In this document: positions 38,750 through 48,432 of the stretch, piece by piece | Numbering within the stretch: the stretch's first letter is position 1 | Layout: the number at the start of each line of letters is the position of its first letter | Source of the DNA: Christensenellaceae bacterium | GTDB lineage: Bacteria; Bacillota; Clostridia; Christensenellales; CAG-138 | DNA length: 64,000 nt | Reading direction: 5' to 3' | Assembly (NCBI GenBank): GCA_963675855.1 | Contig: OY776633.1 | Span: 1,242,546 to 1,306,545, forward strand | Made by a program: the position numbers and the translations under genes | The notes under the pieces: model-generated | Seen by the model: only the letters and a program-made list of their open reading frames with translations | What the model was told of the DNA's origin: nothing | Databases searched by the model: none

Positions 38750-39685
38750 TTGCAGAAACGACGTGTGAAAAAAGCCGCATTTGCGCTCATAACCGCCGCA
38801 ATCTGCCTGCTTTTGTTCGGCTGCCAAAGCGCGGCCGTGCAGACGCTGAGCGTCGCGCTCGCTACGCCGTCGCCGATGCCGGAGGTCGTTTCCCTCGGCG
38901 AAAACGGCGAACAAAGCGAAGAGGTATACGGCATCACAGTGCTCTCTCCGAACGATTGGGTGATTCAGGAGGACGGCACCATTGTCACGCAGGACGGGCA
39001 GCCCGTCAGCGTGCTCGCGACAAACGAACCGACGAACACGCCCGTTTTGACGCCGACGCCTGTGCCGACCGCGCCACCGCCGACCCCGACGCCGATGCCG
39101 ACGCCGGTGCCGACAGCGAGCCCGACGCCGACAGAAAAAACGCAGGCGACAGCAACACCGAAAATCACGGCGAAACCGACAAGCACGCCGAAGCCTACCG
39201 CGACCCCGACCCCGACGCCAACCGCTACGCCGGGTTCCTGGGGAGGGGATACGTCGGTGCCGACCGCGACGCCGACGCCAACCGCTACGCCCGTCTCGAC
39301 ACAGAGCGCGCCAAGCGTGAGCGGGTCGTACAGCGGGGAGGACGTGCTGCTCGCCGCGCGCGTGGCGTATTTCGAGTCGGGCAGGACGGAGGAGGGTTAC
39401 CTCGCGGTGCTCTGCGTCGTCCTTAACCGCGTGGAGTCGAGCCGGTGGCCGGATACGGTATACGACGTTGTGTTTCAGAAGTACCAGTTCACGGTCGTCG
39501 ACCGCAGCGATTTTCTGACCAAAACGATACCGGACAGCGTGATCGGGTATGCAAACGACGTGTTCAACAACGGAAACCGCATCCTGCCGGCGTACGTCAT
39601 GTCCTTCCGCAGCGCGACGACGGAGAAAATCTGGGGCACGCGCACGTTTTACGGTACGTATGGCGGAAACGACTTTTATTATTGA
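38750..39685 (+). CDS. SleB-like cell-wall hydrolase lipoprotein with a Pro/Thr-rich linker
   Basis: It has a lipobox (LLLFGCQS), a ~90-aa PT-rich linker, and a C-terminal Hydrolase_2-like domain (LAARVAYFESGRTEEGYLAVLCVVLNRVES...YQFTVV). The start is TTG. Confidence 0.8.
   Translation: MQKRRVKKAAFALITAAICLLLFGCQSAAVQTLSVALATPSPMPEVVSLGENGEQSEEVYGITVLSPNDWVIQEDGTIVTQDGQPVSVLATNEPTNTPVLTPTPVPTAPPPTPTPMPTPVPTASPTPTEKTQATATPKITAKPTSTPKPTATPTPTPTATPGSWGGDTSVPTATPTPTATPVSTQSAPSVSGSYSGEDVLLAARVAYFESGRTEEGYLAVLCVVLNRVESSRWPDTVYDVVFQKYQFTVVDRSDFLTKTIPDSVIGYANDVFNNGNRILPAYVMSFRSATTEKIWGTRTFYGTYGGNDFYY
39032..39300 (+). repeat. Low-complexity Pro/Thr-coding tract containing an exact 20-bp direct repeat
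   Basis: CCGACGCCAACCGCTACGCC occurs at 39212-39231 and again at 39272-39291. The surrounding codons are dominated by ACG/CCG/ACC/CCC. Confidence 0.7.
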
Positions 39686-39826
39686 CGCGGTTCCATTCGA
39701 ACGCGAAAAAGACTATAATAGCTGTGCCGCTCTACGGCGCAAAATAACAGAAAATATCGGCAAACCCTCCGGAGGCCGGGATACCGCCGGAAGGCAAAGC
39801 AGTAAGAAGAATATTGGGGAAATATT

Positions 39827-41473
39827 ATGGCAAGTAAATTAAAAATCATCCCGCTCGGCGGGGTAGGCGAAATCGGGAAGAACATGACCGTGATCGAATA
39901 CGGCGGTGACATCGTCGTCGTCGACTGCGGTCTGATATTCCCGGACGAGGACATGCCCGGCATCGACATCGTGATTCCGGATATGGACTATTTAAGAGAG
40001 AACAAGCAGAAGCTCAAAGGGTTTCTGATCACGCACGGCCACGAGGATCACATCGGCGCGCTGCCTTATGCGCTGAAGGAGTTTAACGTGCCCGTGTTCG
40101 GCTCGGCGTTCACCGTTGCGCTCATCGAGCACAAGCTCGACGAGGCGCGCGTGTCGAGCAAGAATTTGAACATCGTAAAACCCGGAGATCGTGTCGAGCT
40201 CGGGTGCTTTAAGGTGGAATTCATCAAGACAGGCCACTCGATCGCGGGCGCCATCGCGCTGGCGATCAACACACCCATCGGAACCGTGATCCACACCGGC
40301 GACTTCAAGGTGGATTTTACGCCCATCGACGGAGAGCCGATCGATATCAACCGATTCGCATACTACGGTTCTCGCGGCGTACTCGCGCTCATGAGCGACA
40401 GCACGAACATCGAAAGTCCCGGGCATACGCAGAGCGAACGCGACATCGGCAAGACGTTTGAATACTATTTCGACGCAGCCGAGGGGCGCATCATCGTGGC
40501 GTCGTTTGCCAGCAACGTATACCGCATCCAGCAGGTTGCGGACGTTGCGGTCAGCCACGGGCGCGTGCTCTGCTTCCAGGGCAGGAGCATGGAGCAGGTC
40601 GTGCAGATCGCCATGCGTTTAGGCTACCTGAAAATTCCGCCTGAGAGCATCGTGAAAGTCGACCAGCTCAAGCGCTATCGCGACGAACAGGTCTGCGTGA
40701 TCACAACGGGCAGCCAGGGCGAACCCATGAGCGGGCTGTTTCGTATGGCGACGGCGACGCACCGGCTCAACATCGGCCCGGGCGACACGGTTATCATCTC
40801 CGCGTCGGCCATTCCGGGCAACGAGCGCGGGGTTTCGCGGGTTATCAACCAGCTCTATCAAAAGGGAGCGCAGGTGATCTATAACCGCATGGCGGACGTG
40901 CACGTTTCCGGCCACGCCTGCCGAGAGGAACTGCGGCTGATGATGCAGCTGACCAAGCCGAAGTATTTCATCCCCGTCCACGGCGAATACCGGCATTTGT
41001 TCATGCACGGCAAACTTGCCGAGGACATGGGAATCCTTTCCGAGAACACGTTTATCGCGAACTGCGGGGACGTAATCGAGCTCACGCAGCGCTCCGGCAA
41101 GAAAAACGGCTCCGTTACGTCCGGCAGCGTCATGGTGGACGGTATCGGCGACATCGACAACATCGTGCTCAAGGATCGGAAAACGCTCTCGCAGGACGGC
41201 CTCGTGGTCGCCGTACTGACGATCGACTGCGAAACGGGGCGGATGCTCGCCGCGCCCGAAATCGTCTCCCGCGGGTTTGTCTATATGCGTGACTCTGAGG
41301 AACTGATTGCGGACACGAAGGCGCTGCTCGTCAAGGAAACGCGGAAGTTTGAGGGCGCGGACCGCAGCGATTACGCGAATATCAAGGCGGGCGTGCGGAA
41401 TTCCCTCAAGTCATTTCTGAAAAGCCGCACGAAGCGCACGCCGATGATCGTACCCATCGTCATCGAGATCTGA
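39827..41473 (+). CDS. rnj: Ribonuclease J
   Basis: ITHGHEDHIGALPY (metallo-beta-lactamase HxHxDH), a beta-CASP domain and VHVSGHA. Confidence 0.95.
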   Translation: MASKLKIIPLGGVGEIGKNMTVIEYGGDIVVVDCGLIFPDEDMPGIDIVIPDMDYLRENKQKLKGFLITHGHEDHIGALPYALKEFNVPVFGSAFTVALIEHKLDEARVSSKNLNIVKPGDRVELGCFKVEFIKTGHSIAGAIALAINTPIGTVIHTGDFKVDFTPIDGEPIDINRFAYYGSRGVLALMSDSTNIESPGHTQSERDIGKTFEYYFDAAEGRIIVASFASNVYRIQQVADVAVSHGRVLCFQGRSMEQVVQIAMRLGYLKIPPESIVKVDQLKRYRDEQVCVITTGSQGEPMSGLFRMATATHRLNIGPGDTVIISASAIPGNERGVSRVINQLYQKGAQVIYNRMADVHVSGHACREELRLMMQLTKPKYFIPVHGEYRHLFMHGKLAEDMGILSENTFIANCGDVIELTQRSGKKNGSVTSGSVMVDGIGDIDNIVLKDRKTLSQDGLVVAVLTIDCETGRMLAAPEIVSRGFVYMRDSEELIADTKALLVKETRKFEGADRSDYANIKAGVRNSLKSFLKSRTKRTPMIVPIVIEI

Positions 41474-41485
41474 GCGGAGGGCGCA

Positions 41486-41827
41486 ATGGTTTACGACACC
41501 GCAAAACTGCTCGCAAAAGAGCTCAAGGACAGCGTGGAGTACCGCGAATACGACGCCGCGAAAACGCGCGCCATGGAAAACAGTTCGACGCGCGCTCTGA
41601 TCGCGGAATACAACAAGCTCCAGATCCGCGCGCAGGCTGCGATGGTCGCAGGGGATCGCGAAAGCGAATCGCTGAAAAAGCTGCAAAAGGTCGGGGAATT
41701 ACTGCAGTTTGACGCGGACGCTTCCGCGTACCTGATCGCGGAATTCCGCTTAAAGCAGATGCTCGGGGACGTGTACAAGATCCTCGCGGAAGCGGTGGAT
41801 GTTGACCTGAGCGCGCTGGAATCCTGA
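41486..41827 (+). CDS. YlbF/YmcA-family protein
   Basis: 113 aa, all-helical, with ...YREYDAAKTRAMENSSTRALIAEYNKLQ... resembling the YlbF family. It lies just after rnj, which is functionally plausible (Y-complex/RNase Y context). The family call is from memory. Confidence 0.65.
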   Translation: MVYDTAKLLAKELKDSVEYREYDAAKTRAMENSSTRALIAEYNKLQIRAQAAMVAGDRESESLKKLQKVGELLQFDADASAYLIAEFRLKQMLGDVYKILAEAVDVDLSALES

Positions 41828-41851
41828 CGGCGAACAACGGAGAAAACCGAT

Positions 41852-43015
41852 ATGCCAGAACATATAAAATCCGGAAAACGTAAAACGATGAAACAGAAGC
41901 GCCTCAGACGGCTCTGGCTGACCGTCCGGCCCGCGGCGGTGCTGCTCGCCAGCCTCGTGATCGTGTTTCTTGTCGCGCGCGCGGGCGTGAACTACGTGCT
42001 GTCCAAATATATCGAACCGGTCGACAAAAACGACGCGACGCCCATCGAGGTGACCATTCCGTCGTCGTCCTCGGCCAGCAGCATCGCGCGCATCCTCTAC
42101 GGCGCGTGCGGCTACGACCAGGACGGGTTAATCTCCAGCACCGCGGCGTTCAAGGTGTACGTCGACTTCGTTGGCAAGGCGAACAGCCTCAAGGCCGGAA
42201 CGTATGTGCTGAGCAAGAACATGAGCGTCAAGCAGATCGTCGAGGTGCTCTGCGAAGGCAACCCGCCGAAAGCAACCGTACAATTTACCATTCCGGAAGG
42301 CTACACCATAGAGAACATCGCGGCCGTGTTTCTGGAAAAAGGCCTGATACAAAGCGAAACCGAGCTTTATAACGCCGTCAGGAACGGAGATGCGTTTATG
42401 AACTTCGCGTTTATCGCGGACGCTGCTGCGGCGCGGAACGCAGGCGCGCGCACGTACCTGATGGAAGGATATCTGTTTCCGGACACCTACGAAGTGTACG
42501 CCGACGCGAGCGTGGAGACGATCCTCATCAAGATGCTCAACCGCTTCAACGAGGTATTTACGGACGAGTACCTGCTGCGCGCCCAGCAGCTCGACATGAC
42601 GACGGATCAGGTGATTGCGCTGGCCTCGCTCATCGAGCGCGAAGCGGCCGCGCCGGACGATTTTTCCAAGGTGTCCGCGGTGTTCCACAACCGCCTGAAT
42701 CAGGATATGCCGCTGCAAAGCTGCGCGAGTCTTTCCTATGCACTCGGCGTGACGAAGTATGTATTTAACGCTGCAGAGCAGGATACGGATTCGCTCTATA
42801 ACACCTATAAGCATCAAGGGCTGCCCGTAGGCCCGGTCTGCAACCCCGGCAAGGCGGCCATCGAGGCGGCGCTGTATCCAAACGAAGATTTCCTCGAAGA
42901 GGATTACCTCTATTTCTGCAACCAAAACCCGGCCGAGACAAGCGAGCTGGTGTTTGCCAAGACCTACGAAGAGCATCAGCAGAACGTGGAGATGTATCAG
43001 CAGTACTGGGGATAA
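41852..43015 (+). CDS. mltG: Endolytic murein transglycosylase MltG (YceG)
   Basis: It has an N-terminal TM segment and the YceG core with EGYLFPDTYEV and ASLIEREA. Confidence 0.9.
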   Translation: MPEHIKSGKRKTMKQKRLRRLWLTVRPAAVLLASLVIVFLVARAGVNYVLSKYIEPVDKNDATPIEVTIPSSSSASSIARILYGACGYDQDGLISSTAAFKVYVDFVGKANSLKAGTYVLSKNMSVKQIVEVLCEGNPPKATVQFTIPEGYTIENIAAVFLEKGLIQSETELYNAVRNGDAFMNFAFIADAAAARNAGARTYLMEGYLFPDTYEVYADASVETILIKMLNRFNEVFTDEYLLRAQQLDMTTDQVIALASLIEREAAAPDDFSKVSAVFHNRLNQDMPLQSCASLSYALGVTKYVFNAAEQDTDSLYNTYKHQGLPVGPVCNPGKAAIEAALYPNEDFLEEDYLYFCNQNPAETSELVFAKTYEEHQQNVEMYQQYWG

Positions 43016-43032
43016 AATACGGTACAAATCAA

Positions 43033-43062
43033 CTCCGGAGGCTTTGCCGCCGGAGTTTTTTG
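43033..43062 (+). terminator. Rho-independent terminator after mltG
   Basis: CTCCGG...CCGGAG stem followed by TTTTTT. Confidence 0.7.
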
Positions 43063-43151
43063 TCGGGAATAATCATATGCTTTATCTGTCGGCGGTTTTC
43101 GCTCGTATAAGTTATTGCCCGATAAATACTTCTGTGGTAGAATTACTCCGT

Positions 43152-44219
43152 ATGAAACAGAGAATAGAAGTTTTACGCGACAACCTTTCCCGATCTTCCC
43201 TCGACGCGGCGCTGATTACCGGCGAGGTCAACATCCGCTATTATTCGGGATTCACCAGTTCGGACGGCATATTTCTGGTGACGCAGAAAGGCGCGTACCT
43301 CGTCACCGATTTTCGCTATACGGTTCAGGCAAAGGCGCAGACAAAGGGCCTGTGCGAGGTCGTTGAGGCTTCGTATTCAGGCCAGATCGACCGCATCCGC
43401 GATTTCCTTACGGCGGACGGATGCAGGCGCGCGGGGTTTGAGCAGGGCGAAATCAGCGTCGGCGATTTTAAAAGATACGAACCGATGCCCGTGGAATGGG
43501 CGCCGTTCGGGGACGAGATTTCCAAACCCCGGATGGTAAAATCGGCTGAGGAGATCGAGAGCCTTCAGAAAGCGCAGCGCATCGCGGACAAATCGTTTCT
43601 GGAGTGGCTCGGCCGCGTCGGCGCGGGCATGACCGAACTCGAAGCGGTCGCCGAACTCAATTATGTATGCGCAAAAAACGGCAGCGAAGCCGCGTCGTTC
43701 GATCCAATCGTTGCGGGCGGGGCAAACGGCGCCATGCCACACGCCGTACCCGGCAGACGCAAGCTGCAAAAGGGCGAATTGATCGTCACGGATTTCGGGT
43801 GCGTGATCGACGGTTATCATTCGGACATGACGCGTACGTTTGCCATAGGCAGCGCGGACGATAAGAGCCGGGAGATATACGAAATCGTAAAAACAGCGCA
43901 GCAGCTGGCGCTGGACGCGCTCAAAGGCGGCATCCACGGTAAAGCGCTGGACAAAGTCGCGCGCGATTACATTAGCGCGAAAGGGTACGGCCCGCAGTTC
44001 GGCCACGGGCTGGGGCACGGCATCGGGCTGCAGATTCACGAGAATCCTTACGCAACGCTGAGCAGCGAGGATACGCTGCTCGACGGCATGACCATCACGG
44101 TGGAACCGGGCATCTACGTCGAGGGTAAGTGCGGCGTACGCATAGAGGACTGCTGCGTGGTGACCGACGAGGGGCACCTCAATCTCGTCGGAGTGACGAA
44201 GGAACTGCTCGTCATCTGA
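43152..44219 (+). CDS. M24-family Xaa-Pro aminopeptidase
   Basis: The creatinase-like N-terminal domain is followed by DFGCVIDGYHSDMTRT, HGLGHGIGLQIHE and TVEPGIY. The ORF opens at 42954 and the ATG at 43152 was chosen. Confidence 0.88.
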   Translation: MKQRIEVLRDNLSRSSLDAALITGEVNIRYYSGFTSSDGIFLVTQKGAYLVTDFRYTVQAKAQTKGLCEVVEASYSGQIDRIRDFLTADGCRRAGFEQGEISVGDFKRYEPMPVEWAPFGDEISKPRMVKSAEEIESLQKAQRIADKSFLEWLGRVGAGMTELEAVAELNYVCAKNGSEAASFDPIVAGGANGAMPHAVPGRRKLQKGELIVTDFGCVIDGYHSDMTRTFAIGSADDKSREIYEIVKTAQQLALDALKGGIHGKALDKVARDYISAKGYGPQFGHGLGHGIGLQIHENPYATLSSEDTLLDGMTITVEPGIYVEGKCGVRIEDCCVVTDEGHLNLVGVTKELLVI

Positions 44220-44302
44220 TTTATTTGCAGCGATTAGGCATAGCGTATGCCGGCGATTCGGAATAAACGATAAGAACAACAGAATAACGGAGGAATCATA
44301 AT

Positions 44303-44860
44303 ATGATCAGCGCAGGCGAATTCAGAAAAGGCATGACCGTGGAGATCGACGGGTCGGTCTGGCAGATTGCCGACTTTCAGCATGTAAAACCCGGAAAAGG
44401 CGCGGCTTTCGTGCGCACGCGTCTCAAGAACGTCATGACGGGCGCGGTGCTGGAGCGCACGTTCAGCCCGACGGACAAATATCCGCCGGCGCACATCGAA
44501 ACCAAGGAGATGCAGTACCTTTACGAAGACGGCGGGCTGTATTATTTCATGGATGTCGAGAGCTACGAACAGCTGCCGCTCAACCACGACCAGGTCGAGG
44601 ACGCGATCAGCTTTATCGTAGAAAACCAGAACGTGAAGGTGCGTTTCTACAAGGACGACCCGTTCTCCGTGGAAGCGCCGAACTTCGTGGAACTGACCGT
44701 TACGCAGTCCGATCCCGGTGTGCGCGGCGACACCGCGACGGGAACGACGAAACCCGCTACGCTGGAGACGGGCTATACGCTCAACGTTCCGCTGTTTGTC
44801 AACGAAGGCGACCGTATCCGCGTTGACACGCGTACGGGCGAGTACATGGAGCGCGTATAG
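44303..44860 (+). CDS. efp: Elongation factor P
   Basis: 185 aa with [19 protein letters not shown] (modifiable Lys loop). GGAGGA RBS. Confidence 0.97.
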   Translation: MISAGEFRKGMTVEIDGSVWQIADFQHVKPGKGAAFVRTRLKNVMTGAVLERTFSPTDKYPPAHIETKEMQYLYEDGGLYYFMDVESYEQLPLNHDQVEDAISFIVENQNVKVRFYKDDPFSVEAPNFVELTVTQSDPGVRGDTATGTTKPATLETGYTLNVPLFVNEGDRIRVDTRTGEYMERV

Positions 44861-44918
44861 CAAGGCGCGATTAGAAAATGCGACTGATAAACGGCGACTG
44901 GAAAGGCAGGGGGACACT

Positions 44919-45314
44919 ATGAGCTATATTTCGGAAAAAGTGGCGTATCTCGACGGGCTGGCGGACGGGCTGAAGCTCAAGGACGAGGGTACGGATAAAA
45001 TACTGCGTGGCATCATCGAAACACTCGGCGCTATCGCCGAGGCGATCGAGGAGCAGGACGAGAGCATCGACGATCTTTCCGACTGCGTAGACGGCATCTA
45101 CGACGAACTGGACGATATCGAGAGCGCTTTCGACGACGAATTCGACGGCGAGCTGGACGAGGACGATTTCATCGAGGTCGTCTGCCCGAACTGCGGCGAA
45201 ACCGTTTATTTCGACGAGGACATGATCGACAGCGACGATGGATTGATCTGCCCGAACTGCAACGAAACCATCGAATTTGATATTCCCGGCGGAGACGAAG
45301 AAGCCGGAGAATAA
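44919..45314 (+). CDS. Highly acidic small protein with a C-terminal CPxC...CPxC zinc ribbon
   Basis: 131 aa with a helical N-terminus, a D/E-rich centre, then VCPNCGETVYFDE...LICPNCNETIEF. I recall similar 'CD1247 N-terminal domain' proteins in Clostridia, but this is not verified. Confidence 0.65.
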   Translation: MSYISEKVAYLDGLADGLKLKDEGTDKILRGIIETLGAIAEAIEEQDESIDDLSDCVDGIYDELDDIESAFDDEFDGELDEDDFIEVVCPNCGETVYFDEDMIDSDDGLICPNCNETIEFDIPGGDEEAGE

Positions 45315-45333
45315 CTGATACCGGAATACCGCA

Positions 45334-45360
45334 ACCCCGCCTGAACAGGCGGGGTTTTTC
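45334..45360 (+). terminator. Rho-independent terminator
   Basis: ACCCCGCC-TGAACA-GGCGGGGT hairpin followed by TTTTT. Confidence 0.75.
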
Positions 45361-45433
45361 GTTAAAACGCGCTAAAATAAAGGATTTGCGCAAAAAAAGG
45401 CGAATACTAACAGCGAGAACGGAGGCGCCTTAC

Positions 45434-46453
45434 ATGAAACAGGAAAATCCGAGACAATACTGTGAACGGATTCAGGCCGAGACGCTTTCCCCCTACGCCA
45501 TGCTGGCGCAGAATTCGCGCGGGCGGGAAGTATCGATTGAGCCGTGCCAGCTCCGAACGGACTTCATAAGAGACCGCGACCGGATTGTGCACAGCAAATC
45601 CTTTCGCCGGCTCAAGCATAAGACGCAGGTCTTCCTTTCTCCACAGGGCGACCATTACCGCACGAGGCTGACGCATACGCTGGAGGTTTCGCAGATCGCG
45701 CGGACGATCTCACGCGCCCTGCGGCTTAACGAAGACCTCACGGAGGCGATTGCATTGGGCCACGACCTTGGGCACACGCCGTTCGGGCACACGGGAGAAG
45801 ACGTGCTCGACGAGCTACTGCCTTGCGGGTTCGAGCATAACGTACAGAGCCTGCGCGTCGTTGAAAAACTAGAAAATGACGGAGAAGGGCTTAACCTGAC
45901 GCTTGAAGTGCGCGACGGCATCCTCAACCACAAAAAAAGCGGAGCGCCCGCAACGCTCGAAGGGTGCGTCGTATCGCTGGCCGACCGCATCGCGTACATC
46001 AACCACGACATCGACGACGCAATTCGCGCGGGAGTGCTCAAGGAAAGCGAACTGCCGAAAAACTGCGTGCGCGTGCTCGGCAATTCCCACGGCAAGCGCA
46101 TCAACACCATGATACTCGACGTGGTTGCCCAGAGTGTGGATAAACCGAACGTGAAAATGAGCGAACGGGTTTATGAGCAATTCGACGCGCTGCGCGACTT
46201 CATGTTTGACAATGTCTATAAAAACCCCGTCGCCAAGAGCGAGGAGGAGAAGGCAAAGCGCGTCGTGCGCGAGTTGTTCGATTACTATCTGTCTCATATC
46301 GGCCTGCTGAGCGGCGAATACGCCAAATATATCGAGCAGGACGGGGTGAATCGCGCGGTTGCCGACTATATCGCCGGCATGACGGATAACTACGCCATCT
46401 CCGAATATGTACGTATTTTCGTTCCGAAATCCTGGATTGCAAGAACGGTCTGA
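45434..46453 (+). CDS. dGTPase-like HD-domain triphosphohydrolase
   Basis: FRRLKHKTQVF, RLTHTLEVSQIAR, LGHDLGHTPFGH and DRIAYINHDIDD. Confidence 0.88.
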   Translation: MKQENPRQYCERIQAETLSPYAMLAQNSRGREVSIEPCQLRTDFIRDRDRIVHSKSFRRLKHKTQVFLSPQGDHYRTRLTHTLEVSQIARTISRALRLNEDLTEAIALGHDLGHTPFGHTGEDVLDELLPCGFEHNVQSLRVVEKLENDGEGLNLTLEVRDGILNHKKSGAPATLEGCVVSLADRIAYINHDIDDAIRAGVLKESELPKNCVRVLGNSHGKRINTMILDVVAQSVDKPNVKMSERVYEQFDALRDFMFDNVYKNPVAKSEEEKAKRVVRELFDYYLSHIGLLSGEYAKYIEQDGVNRAVADYIAGMTDNYAISEYVRIFVPKSWIARTV

Positions 46454-46633
46454 CACTAACTTGAAAAAATATAACGGAATGTAAAATTATGTTTTGGCGG
46501 CAGGAATCGAACCCGCGCGGTCGAATATTAGTACGGACCCGAACGAGCGGCTTGGACTTAACCGCGAACATCGGACCGCGGCACATAAAACGAGGCAAAG
46601 CCCGCCGGATCATTTCGACGGAAAGGATGGAAT

Positions 46634-48418
46634 ATGGCGTTTCCCGATCATTGGATGAGCGAACTGCTCGCGAAAAACGATATCGTATCCGTCGTATCCT
46701 CCTACGTCGATCTAAAACCGAAAGGGCGCCGGCTATGGGGGCTTTGCCCGGTGCACAGCGAAAAAACCCCGTCGTTCTCCGTGTCGCCCGACCGGCAGCT
46801 TTATTACTGCTTCGGCTGCCATATCGGCGGTTCGGTGATCCAGTTTGTCATGGACGTGGAACACTTGACCTTTCCGGAGGCGGTGGAGCACCTGGCAAAC
46901 CGCGCGGGCATGGCCATGCCCGAAGAGGTCAACGACGCCGCCATGCAGCGCGACCGCGCGAAGCGCGAACGGCTCTCGGAGGCCTGCAAACTCGCCGCGC
47001 GATTTTTCATGGAAACACTGCTGGGCGAGCTTGGGGCTGCGTGCCGCGCGTATCTGAAGAAGCGGGGCATCACAAGCGAGTCGGTCAAGCGCTTCGGCAT
47101 CGGTTATGCGCCGAGCGAGTGGGAAGCGCTCAAGCGTCACCTCGGCGAGAAGGGATACGAACCGGAAGAACTTGCACAGGCCGGACTGCTCGTGAAAAAC
47201 GAACAGACGGGGCGCACGTACGACGCGTACCGCGGACGCGTGATCTTCCCGATCATCGCGGTGAACGGCAGGGTCGTCGGGTTCGGCGCGCGCGTACTCA
47301 ACAACGAGGACAAGCCGAAGTATATCAACACGGGCGATACGCCGCTTTACAACAAACGGAACAACCTCTACGGCCTGAACCTGCAAAAAAGCGGTAAGCT
47401 GAGCGATCTCGTAATGGTCGAGGGGTATACGGACGTGATCGGGTTGTTCGAAGCGGGCGTCACAAACGCCGTGGCGAGCCTGGGGACCGCCCTGACGCAG
47501 CAGCAGGCAAGACTGCTCAAACGCTTCGTAAGCGACGTATACATCGCTTACGACGGCGACGCGGCGGGACAGAGCGCGTCCATCCGCGGATTGGACATCC
47601 TTGCGGCGGAAGGGCTGAACGTGCGCGTGATCGTGTTTCCCGACGAACAGGATCCGGACGAGTTCGTCCGCCAGAACGGCAGGGAAGCCTTTGAACGGCT
47701 GAAGGACGAGGCGCTTTCGCTCAATGCTTTCAAGCTCGAGGCGATCGCGCGGAAATACTCTCTTGAGAAAGCGGACGAACGCGAACGCTTCGCAATGGAA
47801 GCCTGCCGGTTTATCGCGACGCTGACCCCCGTGGAACGGGAAGGGCATTACCGGGAACTGTCCAAGCGGACTGGTTATTCGGTGGAGACGCTCCGCGCAC
47901 AGGGCGCGGGCGAAAAGCTGCCGGAACGGCGGCAATCCTACGATCGCACCTACAAGACGCCCGGCGCTTCGCGGCGCAGGCAGGCCGACACGGAAAGCGA
48001 ACGGACACGGGCGGAGAACGCGCTGTTGTTTCACATGCTGCAATCGCGCGCGGCGGCAAACGCCGCCAGCGAGCAGGGTTTGGAAAAACAGTTTTCCGGC
48101 GAGGGGATACGCGCTTTTGCAGAGTCGCTTTGCGCCGCCTATACGCGCGATGAGGAACCGAATCTGCCGCTTTTATTATCCGGCATGGAAAAAGCGGACG
48201 CGGAACGCGTCAGCGCCGCGTTAAAGGACGAAGCGGTCTGCGCGCAGCCTGAAAAAGCGGCGAAAGACTGCATCAGCCGCATCGCTCGATGCGGCCTGAT
48301 GGAACAGATAGAAGAAATCAAGCGCCAGCTTGCGGAACCGGCGCTGCCTGTCGGCAGACGCGCGGAGCTGTTAAAGGACATGCAGGCGCTGAATAAAAAA
48401 ATACGGGGGTTGAGTTGA
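46634..48418 (+). CDS. dnaG: DNA primase
   Basis: Zinc finger [29 protein letters not shown] and [15 protein letters not shown]...YDGDAAGQ. Confidence 0.95.
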   Translation: MAFPDHWMSELLAKNDIVSVVSSYVDLKPKGRRLWGLCPVHSEKTPSFSVSPDRQLYYCFGCHIGGSVIQFVMDVEHLTFPEAVEHLANRAGMAMPEEVNDAAMQRDRAKRERLSEACKLAARFFMETLLGELGAACRAYLKKRGITSESVKRFGIGYAPSEWEALKRHLGEKGYEPEELAQAGLLVKNEQTGRTYDAYRGRVIFPIIAVNGRVVGFGARVLNNEDKPKYINTGDTPLYNKRNNLYGLNLQKSGKLSDLVMVEGYTDVIGLFEAGVTNAVASLGTALTQQQARLLKRFVSDVYIAYDGDAAGQSASIRGLDILAAEGLNVRVIVFPDEQDPDEFVRQNGREAFERLKDEALSLNAFKLEAIARKYSLEKADERERFAMEACRFIATLTPVEREGHYRELSKRTGYSVETLRAQGAGEKLPERRQSYDRTYKTPGASRRRQADTESERTRAENALLFHMLQSRAAANAASEQGLEKQFSGEGIRAFAESLCAAYTRDEEPNLPLLLSGMEKADAERVSAALKDEAVCAQPEKAAKDCISRIARCGLMEQIEEIKRQLAEPALPVGRRAELLKDMQALNKKIRGLS

Positions 48419-48432
48419 AAGGAGCGGGTACT

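Noticed and set aside
39032-39300. Repetitive tract that superficially looks like an array.
   Set aside because: It lies in frame inside a CDS and encodes a Pro/Thr linker. There is no repeat-spacer organisation, so it is not a CRISPR array.
46493-46580. A tRNA-like signal on the minus strand in the dgt-dnaG spacer. Plus-strand GCAGG-AATCGAA-CCCGC is the antisense of a textbook T-arm (GCGGG-TTCGATT-CCTGC). TGG just upstream mimics an encoded CCA.
   Set aside because: With this T-arm, the 3' acceptor strand would be CGCCAAA. No complementary 5' acceptor strand, D-arm or anticodon arm can be built in the 70-95 nt upstream on that strand. The TGG lies too close to the T-loop to be a real CCA end. 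It is at best a tRNA 3'-fragment relic or a chance match. No integrase or mobile genes flank it. A tRNAscan-SE/ARAGORN run would settle it.
46489-47397. A 302-aa + strand ORF starting in the dgt-dnaG spacer and running through the 5' third of dnaG in another frame.
   Set aside because: The translation is extremely Arg/Gly/Pro-rich. It is out of frame with a well-supported dnaG (zinc finger and TOPRIM motifs) and has no RBS.
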